Shown: in pieces, positions 1 to 10,823 of the stretch
Numbering within the stretch: the stretch's first letter is position 1
How the letters are laid out: each line of letters starts with the position of its first letter
From: an uncultured Nitrospinota bacterium
GTDB lineage: Bacteria > Tectomicrobia > Entotheonellia > J063 > CAVPRW01
NCBI GenBank assembly: GCA_963707985.1
Contig: CAVPRW010000031.1
Coordinates: 128,001 to 192,000, forward strand
Length of the DNA stretch: 64,000 nt
Reading direction: 5' to 3'
Program-made: the position numbers and the translations under genes
The notes under the pieces: model-generated
What the model saw: only the letters and a program-made list of their open reading frames with translations
Databases searched by the model: none
Told to the model about the DNA's origin: nothing

Positions 1-2
1 AG

Positions 3-89
3 TTCAAAAGCAGCGACGGCAAGTACGTGCTGCCGGGCGCTACCAAGGACACGCTGAAGGCGATACCAACCTTCAACTACGCCAAGTAA
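3..89 (+). CDS. 3' end of a gene truncated by the window edge, possibly a PRC-barrel domain protein
   Basis: Manual translation FKSSDGKYVLPGATKDTLKAIPTFNYAK*; the LPGATKD.LK..P.F.Y tail resembles PRC-barrel protein C-termini. Confidence 0.45.
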   Translation, partial: FKSSDGKYVLPGATKDTLKAIPTFNYAK

Positions 90-279
90 GGCCAAGGCAG
101 GATCGTCAGGCAAACCATGGCGAGCCCTGCCTGCGGATCCCGGAGGAGGCTCCATTTGCCCTCTCTGAATGACATGCCTTCTGCTGCTGGAAACATCGCC
201 GAGGTGGACCGACCACGCGTGATGGGCTCAAGCACGCAAAGGCCATTGAGTGTCGGACATTGGGAGAGGAGATGACGCC

Positions 280-592
280 ATGTCTCTCTCGCGTCTCACC
301 TGTCAGACGCAACCGGGGAAGACTCGTGCCGTTCGAGCAGGAGCTCCACCCACTGATGGCCATGGTGCGTCAGGTGGGTGGCCTGCGGGCGTGCCTCCCG
401 CGTCACCACGTTGCTTCGCCCGGCGCCGCGGATGTGGTCTTCGGACAGGAAGTCGCAGATCTCGCGAGGCTCGAAGCCCAGATCAAGCACGTCACTGAGA
501 CGACGGAGTTCCACCAGTGGAGTGGGCGCATGTCGGGGATGCTCACCCAGCCGCTGAAACGCGACATGTATCTCATCGTGGAGTATACGTGA
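280..592 (+). pseudogene. Small hypothetical protein with a +1 frameshift near 333
   Basis: SD GGAGAGGAG upstream. MSLSRLTCQTQPGKTRAV continues in another frame as EQELHPLMAMVRQVGG...DMYLIVEYT*. Confidence 0.45.
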
Positions 593-775
593 TCACGCCC
601 CCGTGTGCCTCTACGCCACCAAGTGCCAGGTGGGCGCCTGGACTCCGAGTGGGGCACGCTGGGATTGCAGCCCCTGAGTGGCGCGCTGCCTGGCTTCGAC
701 GTCCAGGAGGTGTGGGTGCCGTGCATCGGACAATCCACGCCTCGGTGATTCTGCAGGCCGTTGAGGAGGGAGGAA

Positions 776-856
776 ATGAGTACTATCTTCATCGTCATTC
801 TGGTGGTGTTGATCCTTGCGGGAATCGGATTGGTATCGCTATTTCGGCGCCGCTAA
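776..856 (+). CDS. 26-aa single-pass membrane peptide
   Basis: Strong SD (GAGGAGGGAGGA) then ATG; MSTIFIVILVVLILAGIGLVSLFRRR* is a hydrophobic helix with a basic tail. Too short for the ORF track. Confidence 0.6.
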   Translation: MSTIFIVILVVLILAGIGLVSLFRRR

Positions 857-927
857 CGACTTGTTGCGGCTCGCACGCATGTTTTGAAGTGGAGTGCTCA
901 TGGGATACCGGCCAAAAGGAGACCATC

Positions 928-1164
928 ATGGATGATAGGGGCAAGACCTATAAACTCATCGAACTCGTGGGAGTCTCAGAGATCTCCGCGGATGAGGCAA
1001 TACGGAGTGCCATCGCCCAGGCATCTCAGAGCCTGAAAGGCTTGGCCTGGTACCACGTCACTGAGACACGGGGGCTGATCCAAGACGGCAAGGTGAGCGA
1101 ATTTCAGGTGACGTTGAAGATCGGGTTTCGCATCTTGAGCGAGGGCGAGCTCGTAGGCGACTAG
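928..1164 (+). CDS. Dodecin family flavin-binding protein
   Basis: KTYKLIELVGVS...AIAQASQSLKGLAWYHVTETRGLIQDGKVSEFQVTLKIGF; SD AAGGAG before ATG 928. Confidence 0.9.
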   Translation: MDDRGKTYKLIELVGVSEISADEAIRSAIAQASQSLKGLAWYHVTETRGLIQDGKVSEFQVTLKIGFRILSEGELVGD

Positions 1165-1479
1165 CCCGACCACGTCGGTGCATCAATACACCCTGCTCTT
1201 GGTCTTTTACCATCGGGCCAGGAGGAGGGCCAGGCACACCACAACGCTGCTGACCTGTCGGTGGCGACTGCTCAAGAGGCCCGCCGGTGTGTCCTCTGGG
1301 ATGATCTGTTCGCTGACCTCACAGAACAACACCGTGGCGAAGCGTTCGTACAGCACTGGAGCGCCTACGCGTCGCGTGAACCGAACAAAAACCACTCAAC
1401 ATGAGTATTCTCGAGTGCCGTTGCGAGAGCGACAGATTTAAGTGCCACTATAGACAACGAAGCCAAACCTGACCACGGA

Positions 1480-4052
1480 TTAAGGCATCCCAACGGCCAG
1501 ATTGACTATCTTCATCAGGACCACCTGGTCCATAGGCCCATTGAGCAGTGCATCCAGGGCGGTCATACCTTCCTCGGGTTCGATGGAGCCGATGCCGGCC
1601 TGCCGCATGCGCTCCTGGTAGTCGGGGGACGAGACGATGCCGGTATGTCCCCAATAGCCCCAGTTGACGACCTTGACGCGGCCACGCCAGTAGCGTGAGA
1701 GGGCACTGGCAAAGGCATCCTTGAAGGTGCAACCGGCAGCGTAATTGCTCTGGCCTGGTGACTTGGAGAAGGATTGCGCGGATGAGAAGAACAGGGTGAA
1801 GTCCAGGTCTTCCTGCGCAAACACCTGGGCGAGACGGACGCAGACATCGACCTTGGCCGCAAGTCCGGCTCGAAAACGCACCTCGTCCATCCCAACCAGG
1901 CCCTTGTCCTCGAGCACGATGGCTGCATGGATGACGCCGTGAATGTGAGGATGGTGCCGCTTGATCGCGGTATAGGCCCGTTCCAGGGCCTCGCGGTCGG
2001 TAGCGTCAGCGCTGAGATAGATGCGCGCTGGGCCAAGCCGAGCGAGGTCATCCAGTTTCGCCTGGATCTCGGCGTCCTTGGGTCGCCTGCCGATCCAGAT
2101 GATGTGGGCGCCGTATTTTTCGATCATGAAGCGGCTCCAGATGGCGCCCAGCCCGCCAGCCCCGCCGATCACCACATAGACGCCGTTTTGGCGATACACC
2201 TGGCCGTCCGCAGCAAGGTTGCGCACGGGGACCAACTCCTGGCGGAACCATTCTCCTCCCCGGTAGGCCCAGGCGTTGCCCGCACTGTCCGGCGGCAAGC
2301 GAAGCATCTGCTGGATGACGAGTGGAGAATCGCCTGGCCCAGCCCAATCCTCGGTACCCTCCAGGTCAATCAGGCGAGTGCGCCAGTGAGGATACTCTTT
2401 GGCCATGCTGCCGGCCAGCCCGTGCAGGGCTGCATGGGCCGGGTTAATAAGGTCTCGGGCATGGACGGCCTGTGCCAGGGTGGTGACCAGGGTCCAATCC
2501 AGCTCGTGGACCCCGTAACCACGGGAAAGCATGGCTTTGACCAGTCTGAAAACCGACAGCACACCCCGTTCCTGCTCGTAAATCAGCGTTTCGTCGGCCG
2601 GTGAAATACATTCGTGCTCGGGCGCGACGACGATGATGTGACGGATCGGCTCCACAGCGGCCAGGCGCTCAGCGATGGCCTCAATCTCGTCGTCCTCATG
2701 TGTGTCAAACACATTCACTTCAGGATAAATACGCCGCAGCACGGCACGCTGGCGTTCGGTGCCGCCGACGATCAGGACTCGGTTGTCTGGAGAAGAATCG
2801 TCGCCTCGCGCCGCAGCGGGTACGGCCATCCAGGACGGGACGAGCATCATGGTCTCTGCCGTGTCTGTGCCGGCGGAAGCGTGCGCACCGTTTCCCGAGG
2901 CGAATGTTGGCTCCGCGCAGGAATCATCTGGCATCATGGGATTCAGGTCGAAACCATCGAGCCAGTAGCGTTCTCTGGCGAAGGGGTAGGTGGGCAAGCT
3001 GACGCGACGGGGTAACCTGTGACTCAGCCCTGCCGTGGTATAGAGCTTTTGCCAATCGATATATAGGCCCTTGACCCACAGCTCCAACAGTTTCTCGTAT
3101 TTCCCTTTAGCGATCCAGGCGTCGATGGCAGTAGCCATATCCTCATCCGCCGCGAACAGCGCCAGCGCCTCCTTATGGCGGTCGACCTGGCCGCGATACA
3201 GCGACTCCCCGTAGAACTCTTCCTCATGCAGAAAGGCTTGCAGCCCGGCCTTGAGCTCGTCCAGCGAGCTGGCCATGAAAGCAAGGCGTTCATCCATCGC
3301 TTCCCGACCCACCTGCAGCGTATAGGCAATGGCAGCCAGATCGTGGGTGACAGCCCCATCGCACAACACGCGGTGCAGATTGGCGGCTATCTGCTTCAGG
3401 CTCTCCGCGTTACGCGCTGACAACACGATCACGCACGGCGTTGCGGACTCAGCCGCGACCGGTTCAGGGGCGCGGTATTCCTCGACTACCAGATGTGCGT
3501 TGGCCCCGCCAGCGCCGAACGAAGAGATGCCGGCGATTCTTGGGATCTCCCGCTCGCCATCCCCATTGCTCTTGATCATAGGCCGATTCCAAGCGGTGAA
3601 CTCGCGTTGCACCACGAACGGGGTAGCGCTGAAGTCGATATGCGGATTGGGGACCTCGGCGTGGAGGGAGGGCACCAGCTCGCCATGCTGCAATTGCAGC
3701 AGGACTTTGGTCAGCCCGGCAATCCCAGCGGCACTTTCTCCGTGCCCGATGTTCGATTTGACGGAGCCGATGGCGCAAAATTGCTTCTTCTGGGTGTAGC
3801 GCTCGAAGGCCTGCGTCAGACCCGCAATCTCGATCGGATCGCCCAATGCCGTGCCCGTACCGTGGGCCTCGACGTAACTCACGGTGTCCGCAGAGATACC
3901 CGCCCGCTCCAGAGCATCCGCGATCACTTGGGCCTGGGCCTTGGGATTGGGCACGGTGTAGCCGTTGGTTTTGCCACCGGCATTCACCATGCTGCCCTTG
4001 AGCACGCCGTAGATGTGGTCGCCATCGGCGATGGCCTTGTCCAGGAGTTTTA
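1480..4052 (-). pseudogene. Trans-AT-type PKS fragment (C-terminal half of KS, flanking subdomain, KR), 5'-truncated at the IS630
   Basis: KS motifs HGTGT and KSNIGH are present, but the N-terminal part with the catalytic Cys is missing. LPTYPF follows with no AT domain. KR motifs GGAGGLG, LED and GQSNYAAG. No ACP before the stop. Confidence 0.9.
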
Positions 4053-5210
4053 TACATACCGAGTCCATAAATGATGATTTTCTGAGCTACAGAGACGACG
4101 TATAATGGAGCCTCTGACTGGGCATTTGTCTTCTCCAGAGGGATTGTGGGCGTTGAGGTCTCTATGATCCAGATTGAGTTTCCCCCTGAAGCTCTTGAAG
4201 CTTTGCACTACGAACGCTATCATCATCCTCACCCGCGGATGCAACGCAAGATGGAGGCTTTATGGTTGAAGAGTCAAAAACTTCCTCATAAGGAAATTGC
4301 CCGTCTCACAGGCATTTCGATTACTACCGTGACGAGTTATGTCCGTACGTATAAGCAGGGTGGTCTTGAAAAGCGTAAATAAGTGAGTTTCTATAAACCT
4401 CAAAGCCACTTATGTACGCATACGTCGACACTGGAATCCTATTTTTTGACACATCCTCCGGCAACAATACAAGAAGCGGTGAATAGTATTACAGAACTTA
4501 CTGGAATCAAAAGAAGTGAGACACAAGTACGCAAGTTTTTAAAATCGAGAGGTCTCAAACGTCGTAAAGTCGGCATGATCCCTGCGAAAGCAGATATCCA
4601 GAAGCAAGAGCAGTTTAAAAAACAGCATTCGAACCGCGCCTGGAGGAAGCCAAATCTGGCACAAGAGCAGTCTTTTTCGTGGATGCAGTGCATGGTGTTT
4701 TTTCCTCATTTTTAGGCTTTCGCTGGTGTTTCTCCCGCATGTTTGTAAAGGCACCTGCTGGGAGACCACGCGTGAATATTCTTGGAGCTCTCCATGCTGT
4801 GACACATGAACTGCTGACAGTCACACATGATTCTTACAGTAATGCGCACACTACCTGCACACTTCTCGGACAGCTCGATGCTCTACATCTTGAGATGCCA
4901 ATGACACTCGTCTTGGACAATGCCAGATAGCAAAAATGTTCACTTGTGCTGGAATGTGCAGCATCATTGAATATTGAGCTCCTGTATTTGCCTGCATATT
5001 CTCCTAACGTAAATCTCATTGAGTGTCTATGGAAACTTATGAAGAAAAAATGTCTCTATTCGAAGTATTACGAAGATTTTACAGCATTGAAAATCGCTAT
5101 TTTTGGCTTTTTCAGAGACACCCAAACTATTTACAAAAGTGCAGTGAGTTCTTTGCTTACTTTGCATTTTCAAACTTTTGAAGAATCATAAATTATAAAC
5201 TCGTGAAGTA
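4053..5210 (+). mobile_element. Degenerate IS630-family element
   Basis: AT-rich. HTH-DDE transposase 4164-5191 (LVLDNAR, LPAYSPNVNLIE) with stops at 4380 and 4928 and a frame change at TTTAAAAAAC. TA flanks at 4051-4052 and 5211-5212. Imperfect terminal IRs TACATACCGAGTCCATAAAT / TACTTCACGAGTTTATAATT (14/20). Confidence 0.9.
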
Positions 5211-7324
5211 TAGCTGTCAGTCGAGGAGAACAGGCGCACGACATGATTGTGCTGCACCAGGGTAGCCTTGGGGGTTCCGGTGCTACCCGAGGTGTATATG
5301 ACATATGCCAGATGGTGTGGCTGAGCTCCGCTCTGAAGCGCCTGTGGCGCACCGTCGCGCACGGCCTGTTCCACCACAGGCCAGTCCGAGTCCAGCGCGA
5401 GAGAACGGATGTTCTGGCTCAATGTGGTGATTTTCCCCGTCTGGGCGGCCTGCGTCAGGATCAGCCGCACCCCACTGTCGCGGATCATGTAGGCCAGACG
5501 GTCGGGGGGATAGGCTGGGTCCAGGGGTACATAGGCTCCCCCAGCCTTGAGAATGCTCAGGAGACCGACGATCATCTCCAACGACCGTTCTACGCAGATC
5601 CCTACCAGACTCTCAGGCTGCACACCCTGCTGTTGCAGGTAGATCGCCAGGAGAGTACTACGCGCATCTAGCTCTGCATAGGAGAGTGACTGCTCCTCGC
5701 ATGTCACGGCGATGGCGTCCGGGGTGGCCCTCGTCTGGTGTGCAAACATCTCGTGAATACAGACGTCCGCCCCCCCCTCCTGGCCAACTGGAAGAGGTAC
5801 AGCTCCTTCAAGTCCCCTTCCTCCTAGCGCGGGGAACGGTTGAGATGGAGGGACAGAGCGGAGCAGCCAGGCGGCTTCGGTGGAGGTGAGCAGTGCATAC
5901 GCATCCAGAGGCCGGTTTGGATCCCGAAGCACGCCTTCAGCCAGAGTCGTCAGGTGCCACAGCATTCGTTCGATAGTCACGAGATCGTAACGCTCGGGGT
6001 TGTATTTCAGGTTGAGCACGAAGTGGTCACAGTGTCGCACAACCTCCAACGTCAGTTCGAACTCGCCCTCCTGGTGAATCTCATCCACGAACTCGATGGC
6101 CAGGGCCTGGCCGTATGTATGGCCAAATGCTTCGCGCTCCTGTTGCTGGACGAAGTTCTGGTAGGCGAAACAGACCTGGAACACGGGTGCATGACCACGG
6201 GCAGGCGTCAGGTGTAGCCCGCGGACCACAGCAGGAAAGGGGTAGGCCGCGTGGTCGAGGCCATCCACCAGGGTCAGCTCCAGCTCGCGGATGAAATCTG
6301 CAAAAGTCCGCCTGCCATCGATCCGACTCCGGAGGGCGATCATGTTGACGAAGTAGCCGACTAGGGCCTCAAAGCGCTCCTGCGAACGGCCCATGGTCGG
6401 CAGGCCGACGATGAGGTCTTCCTGGCCGCTATAGCGATAGAGCAAAACCTTGAACAGGGCGAGGAACACCACCGACGGGTTTACCTGTAGGGATTCGGCA
6501 AAGGCCTGGATAGTCTGGCTCAACGCGACCGCAAGCGAAGTCGTCTGGGTTCTCCCCTCGAACAGGCAGGCCTCATCCTCATGAGGTCGGGCGTTGGGCA
6601 GCTCCAGAACTGGTAACGGGCCGGCCAATTGTTCTTGCCAGTAGGCAAGATGCTCACGCCCCTCATCACCAGCCACCACCGCCTGTTCCCAGGCCACGAA
6701 ATCCGCGTAAGTGGCTGCAACGGGGATCAGCACCGGAGGTTCGCCCGCGACCATGGCAAGATACGCATCCAGCAGGGTAGTGATCATGGGGAGAAGGGAC
6801 CTGCCGTCAACAATGATATGGTGCATGCTGCAGAGCAGAAATTGTTCTGCCGGTCGTCCATCGCCGGCAGGGATGGTCAACAGGTGCACGCGTAGCAACG
6901 GACCGTGCTCCAAGGCAAATGGAGCCTTGGCCAATTGCCGTAGATAGTCCAGGACCTCGGTACGTTCGAGCGCTGGCGACAATGTTTCTACCTGGAAACA
7001 CGGTGAGGAGGATGGACGGGATACCAGGAACGGCACTCCGTTCTCTACTTGGATCACGCTCGTCAGAATGGGGAATTGTTCCAACAGGAAAGCGCACGCC
7101 TCCCGGAGCCTCTCCGGGTCCAGCACACGCCCGAGCCTGAGGCAGACAGGCACGTTATAGGCGCTCATGTCCGGTGCCAGCTTTTGCAGCATCCACAGGC
7201 CACGCTGGCCCTCGGAAAGGGGTGTCCGCGTTGCCTGTTGCGCCAGTACACGGAGCCATTCCTTCAGCTCGGTGGTGGACAATCTACCGGCTTTATATGC
7301 ATCGATAATTTCCGCTGGCCTCAT
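5211..7324 (-). pseudogene. NRPS fragment (condensation domain plus N-terminal half of an adenylation domain), 3'-truncated at the IS630
   Basis: PLSEGQRGLW, HHIIVDG, LSYAEL, LKAGGAYVPLD, AYVIYTSGSTGTPK; the frame runs into the IS right end about 19 codons after A3. Confidence 0.9.
5768..5855. repeat. REP/BoxC-like GC-rich palindromic element embedded in frame in the NRPS C-A linker
   Basis: Minus strand CCCTCCATCTCAACCGTTCCCC-GCGCTA-GGAGGAAGGGG...; encodes the atypical linker VPPSQPFPALGGRGLEG. Confidence 0.45.
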
Positions 7325-7399
7325 GTAGTAGGTCCTCGGTCACCTGCGAGATTGGGTAGCTTTCCGTAGAACACGCTGCAGCTCGCCCACTGCCGCAGC

Positions 7400-7670
7400 A
7401 CGGTTCGAGCAAAATCGAAGCCCCTGGGCTGGCACAGCACCACATCAAAGGTCTGGTCATCGAACGGCAGGGCTTCCAGATTGCCCTTATGCCAGGCCAT
7501 CGACGCCCCGAGACCCGGCGGCAGGGTCCGCGCCACAATACCTGTGCCACAAACGGCATCCAAGACCCGTTCACCGGGCTGCAATGCCCCCTGTGCAACC
7601 AGGAAGACAGCCCGGGGTGCACAAAGAACGGGAACCAGACACTGCTCGTAGGCTTGGGGTAGCTGGTGAT
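7400..7670 (-). pseudogene. Class I SAM-dependent methyltransferase remnant
   Basis: AYEQCLVP...LQPGERVLDAVCGTGIVAR...WHKGNLEALPFDDQTFDVVLCQ; the segment between motif I and the LPF.D..FD motif is missing. Confidence 0.65.
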
Positions 7671-8023
7671 CGACCGATAGCTCGCCTACAGTTGAGATCC
7701 CCCTAGGCGGCGCGGCATAGCTGCCATGATCGCGCGCTCGGTGGACACGCGGAAGTGAGCTGCCCCCCCGCATGAGGAGCTGGAGTATCTTACGCGCTCG
7801 TCCGCCACGCTCATATGCATCGACACTGAGCCCGATCACGGCCACTTGGCCCCATCCAGTAATCACGCGGGGTTGTGGTGAGACTTGCTTGCGCTTAAGG
7901 AGTGCGGCCGCGTTTTGGGACAGGTTGCTGACGGGGATGGTCTCTGGGATTTGGGCCATCGGCATCATCCCCGAACATGCCGCTAAGCATACTGCTAGAA
8001 GACACCCGAAACAAGAGGATTGT

Positions 8024-8060
8024 GGCCCTCGCCCCGCCCTCTCCCGGAGGGAGAGGAGAA
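8024..8060. repeat. REP/BoxC-like palindrome
   Basis: GCCCTCGCCCCGCCCTCTCCC-GGA-GGGAGAGG hairpin. Confidence 0.5.
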
Positions 8061-8193
8061 ATGGGAGCCAGGTGCGCCTCAGGGAAGGATGGAGGGAAAA
8101 CGGTGGTATTCTCAAGGTCAAGATGCATTGCGTATGCAGTCCAGGAGATCTTGGATCAACGTAGGTAAGGCGCCCTCATGAGGAGTATCGAAC

Positions 8194-9474
8194 ATGGTGT
8201 TACCACCGATGACTGTACGAGCATTGGCGACTGCCGGCGAGCGCGAGACGCACTGTCAATTTGCGGATCAGGCGTTCTCCCGTGAGCCGTCCCCTGCAAG
8301 CGCCAGGGATTGGTATCAGTTTGTCACAACGATGCCCGGGTACCGACCGGAGCAGCTGAGGGGTGCCTTTCGCAATGGCGAACAGGTAGGAAGCTATTCT
8401 CTTCATGAACGGACCATGCATGTGGGGATGGCACGGCTGCTCACGGGGTGTATCGGAGCGGTCGTGACCTATCCTGAGCATCGTCGCCAGGGCGTGGCGA
8501 CGGCGCTCATGCAGGATGCCATCGACTATGCTCAGTCCCACGGCTATCCGTTACTCTTACTCGATGGTATTCCCAAATTCTATGACCGCTACGGCTATGA
8601 TGACGTCTTTGATGTGTCCGTTCAGGATATCGATCGCGCTGCCGTACTGGCACAACCATCGGGTCCTCTGCACCTGCGGCCTGTGACGCTAGAGGATGCA
8701 GAGCATATGGTGACCCTATACAACCGCCACTTTGGACCCTTGACGGGCAGCTTCACGCGTACGGTGGAGTGGCAGCATCACCGGCTCCAGTACCGGTCAG
8801 CCGATAATCCGCTTTGGCTGGCCGTCGATGCTGCCGGGGGTCCCCAGGGCTATTTAGCTTTGCAGGGAAGTACGGAGAGTCTCCAGGCCCAAGAGTTGGC
8901 AGCGGATACATGGGCTGCAGCTCTGGCGTTGTTGCAGCATCATGCCCACTTGCTGGAGGGTCCCAATGCTCCCACCGTGCTCCGTTATCGTATCCCTCCC
9001 AGCGCTCCAGTCTTGTACGACATGATCGATGCCTTGCAAGTACCGGATACCTCACACTGGCGGCATCCGCCCGAAGAGTGGGCTATTCGCCATCAGACAT
9101 ATCACCATCGCTTTGCGGCTTGGATGGCACGCCTAGTGAGCCTGCCGGCGTTGGCACAGGCACTCCTGCCTGAATGGCAGGCACGCTGGCAACAATCCCT
9201 GGCGCACTGGACAGGAACCATCGCTCTGATGGTTGGTGCGGACACGTGTACGTTGCACTTCGACAACACCCAACTGCAACTCATTGATGCGCCTGATAGC
9301 GCCATCGCTGTGCGCTTGTCCGCGCAACGGTTCATGCAACTCGTGTTCGGTTATCGCCCTGTTGCCTCGATCTTGCGACAGGAGGCTCAGTCACCACCCG
9401 CTGCAGCGGTTGCTGTCCTCAATGTCCTCTTCCCATACGGCCAGACCTGGATTCCAGTATCTGATTGGTTTTGA
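8194..9474 (+). CDS. Eis-like GNAT acetyltransferase
   Basis: IGAVVTYPEHRRQGVATALM acetyl-CoA motif, FYDRYGY, 426 aa multi-domain length; SD GAGGAG. Confidence 0.85.
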   Translation: MVLPPMTVRALATAGERETHCQFADQAFSREPSPASARDWYQFVTTMPGYRPEQLRGAFRNGEQVGSYSLHERTMHVGMARLLTGCIGAVVTYPEHRRQGVATALMQDAIDYAQSHGYPLLLLDGIPKFYDRYGYDDVFDVSVQDIDRAAVLAQPSGPLHLRPVTLEDAEHMVTLYNRHFGPLTGSFTRTVEWQHHRLQYRSADNPLWLAVDAAGGPQGYLALQGSTESLQAQELAADTWAAALALLQHHAHLLEGPNAPTVLRYRIPPSAPVLYDMIDALQVPDTSHWRHPPEEWAIRHQTYHHRFAAWMARLVSLPALAQALLPEWQARWQQSLAHWTGTIALMVGADTCTLHFDNTQLQLIDAPDSAIAVRLSAQRFMQLVFGYRPVASILRQEAQSPPAAAVAVLNVLFPYGQTWIPVSDWF

Positions 9475-9890
9475 GTCACGTATGGCAGCGCTGTCGCTTC
9501 AACCCGGTGCTACGACACATGCCCACCGCGTTCAGGAGGGATCAAATTTCGACTTCAATTCAGCCCTTCCCTGGTGAACCTGCCGTAGTTCGCCACGAAT
9601 CCGGTCAAGCCAGGGGGTCGCTACTCCTCACCATGGAACCCAACGATGTCAGCCGTCGTCGAGCCAGACGCCATGGCTGCTGATCTCGGCCGGAAAGCGA
9701 GGGTGTGTGAAGGGGGTGAGTGGTGCGGCTGGGGTCACAGCAGCGCCACGATGGTCTATCGGGCTGAGGCGAGGGCGTTCCGCTCACAAGGAGCCCTGGT
9801 TGCGGAAGGCGTATGCCACATTAGGCGGAGGCTGTATAGGTTTGTCGAGAATTTGACAAGGCCCTCTGGTGAGGTCGGTGCTCATACGGT

Positions 9891-10421
9891 TCATGCTGCA
9901 GTGACCACGTGGCAATCAATCTCTACGGCGATGCTGCGTTGAAGCAGGTCAACCGAGAGAATCAGTAGCCCTTTCGTGGGTTTGCTCCGCAGCAAAATGC
10001 CTTCCACCCCTCGCAACGATCCTTGGGTAATGCGTACTCGTTGCCCTTCCTGAAGGTATGGATGGGGCATGACGGGTATCGACGCACGTAAGGTGGTTTG
10101 AATCGCCTCGATTTCGGCGTCCGGTACGATGCTCGGTTTCTCCCAGGACTCACCAAGGATGCGCACCAAACCACGAGCCTTGCGCACTTCGATAGAGCTG
10201 CTCTTATCGATGGTATGCTGCAAGAACAGGTAACTGGGAAACATGGGCACGGAGATGAGATGTCGTTTCCCCGCCCGGCGCGACCATGTGGCAATCTTGG
10301 GTAGGAACATGAGAAAGCCCTTGGCCGCCAATTGATCGCAGACTAACTGCTCACAGTGGCTGCGGGTGTGGAGGACGTACCAAAGAGGTCTCTGCCCATC
10401 CTCAGACTGCTGTGTGCGCAT
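9891..10421 (-). CDS. NusG paralog transcription antiterminator (UpxY/LoaP/RfaH-like)
   Basis: WYVLHT...FLP...PMFPSYLF NGN domain; C-terminal KOW EGQRVRITQGSLRGVEG. Confidence 0.9.
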   Translation of the reverse strand: MRTQQSEDGQRPLWYVLHTRSHCEQLVCDQLAAKGFLMFLPKIATWSRRAGKRHLISVPMFPSYLFLQHTIDKSSSIEVRKARGLVRILGESWEKPSIVPDAEIEAIQTTLRASIPVMPHPYLQEGQRVRITQGSLRGVEGILLRSKPTKGLLILSVDLLQRSIAVEIDCHVVTAA

Positions 10422-10823
10422 GGCTGTGCTCGCCCATCTTTGCTGTTCCGCCCTTCAACAAAGTGTTTCCCCTCAGGCTGAGGCAAATCATCCAGGGCTA
10501 CCGGAAAGGAGGTTACCGCCCATGTGTCAAGAATCGGTTATGCCGACGTTAAATTTTGATGTCTTTTTGCGTGAGGTGCTAACGCCGGGGCTACAGAGCA
10601 GCGGCAGCCCTGGTTGACTTGCATTCCGGCCCGGCATCGCCCATATTCACCGCCGATGACAGAGGTTGAGACCGCACACGTTCTTTTAAGGAGGCGGGCG
10701 ATGAGGCCGAGTTCTGGTTTCCCGCAAATCTCTGAATCGCCTCATCCTGCTCATCCACGCCGCTCTATGAAGCGATGCCGAGATTGAATCGAGCATTCCC
10801 ACTCTTTGCCGACGAGGTCAGTT

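Noticed and set aside
517..927. N-terminal extension of the 215-aa ORF 517-1164
   Set aside because: Dodecin similarity and an SD begin at ATG 928, and the extension overlaps the small ORF 776-856.
1207..1395. 62-aa minus-strand ORF downstream of the PKS as a possible ACP remnant
   Set aside because: No G.DS phosphopantetheine motif and no recognisable family.
7321..8121. 266-aa ORF as a real gene
   Set aside because: A chance open frame through a palindromic repeat (LSLRERAG), a lipobox-like fragment and a deleted methyltransferase.
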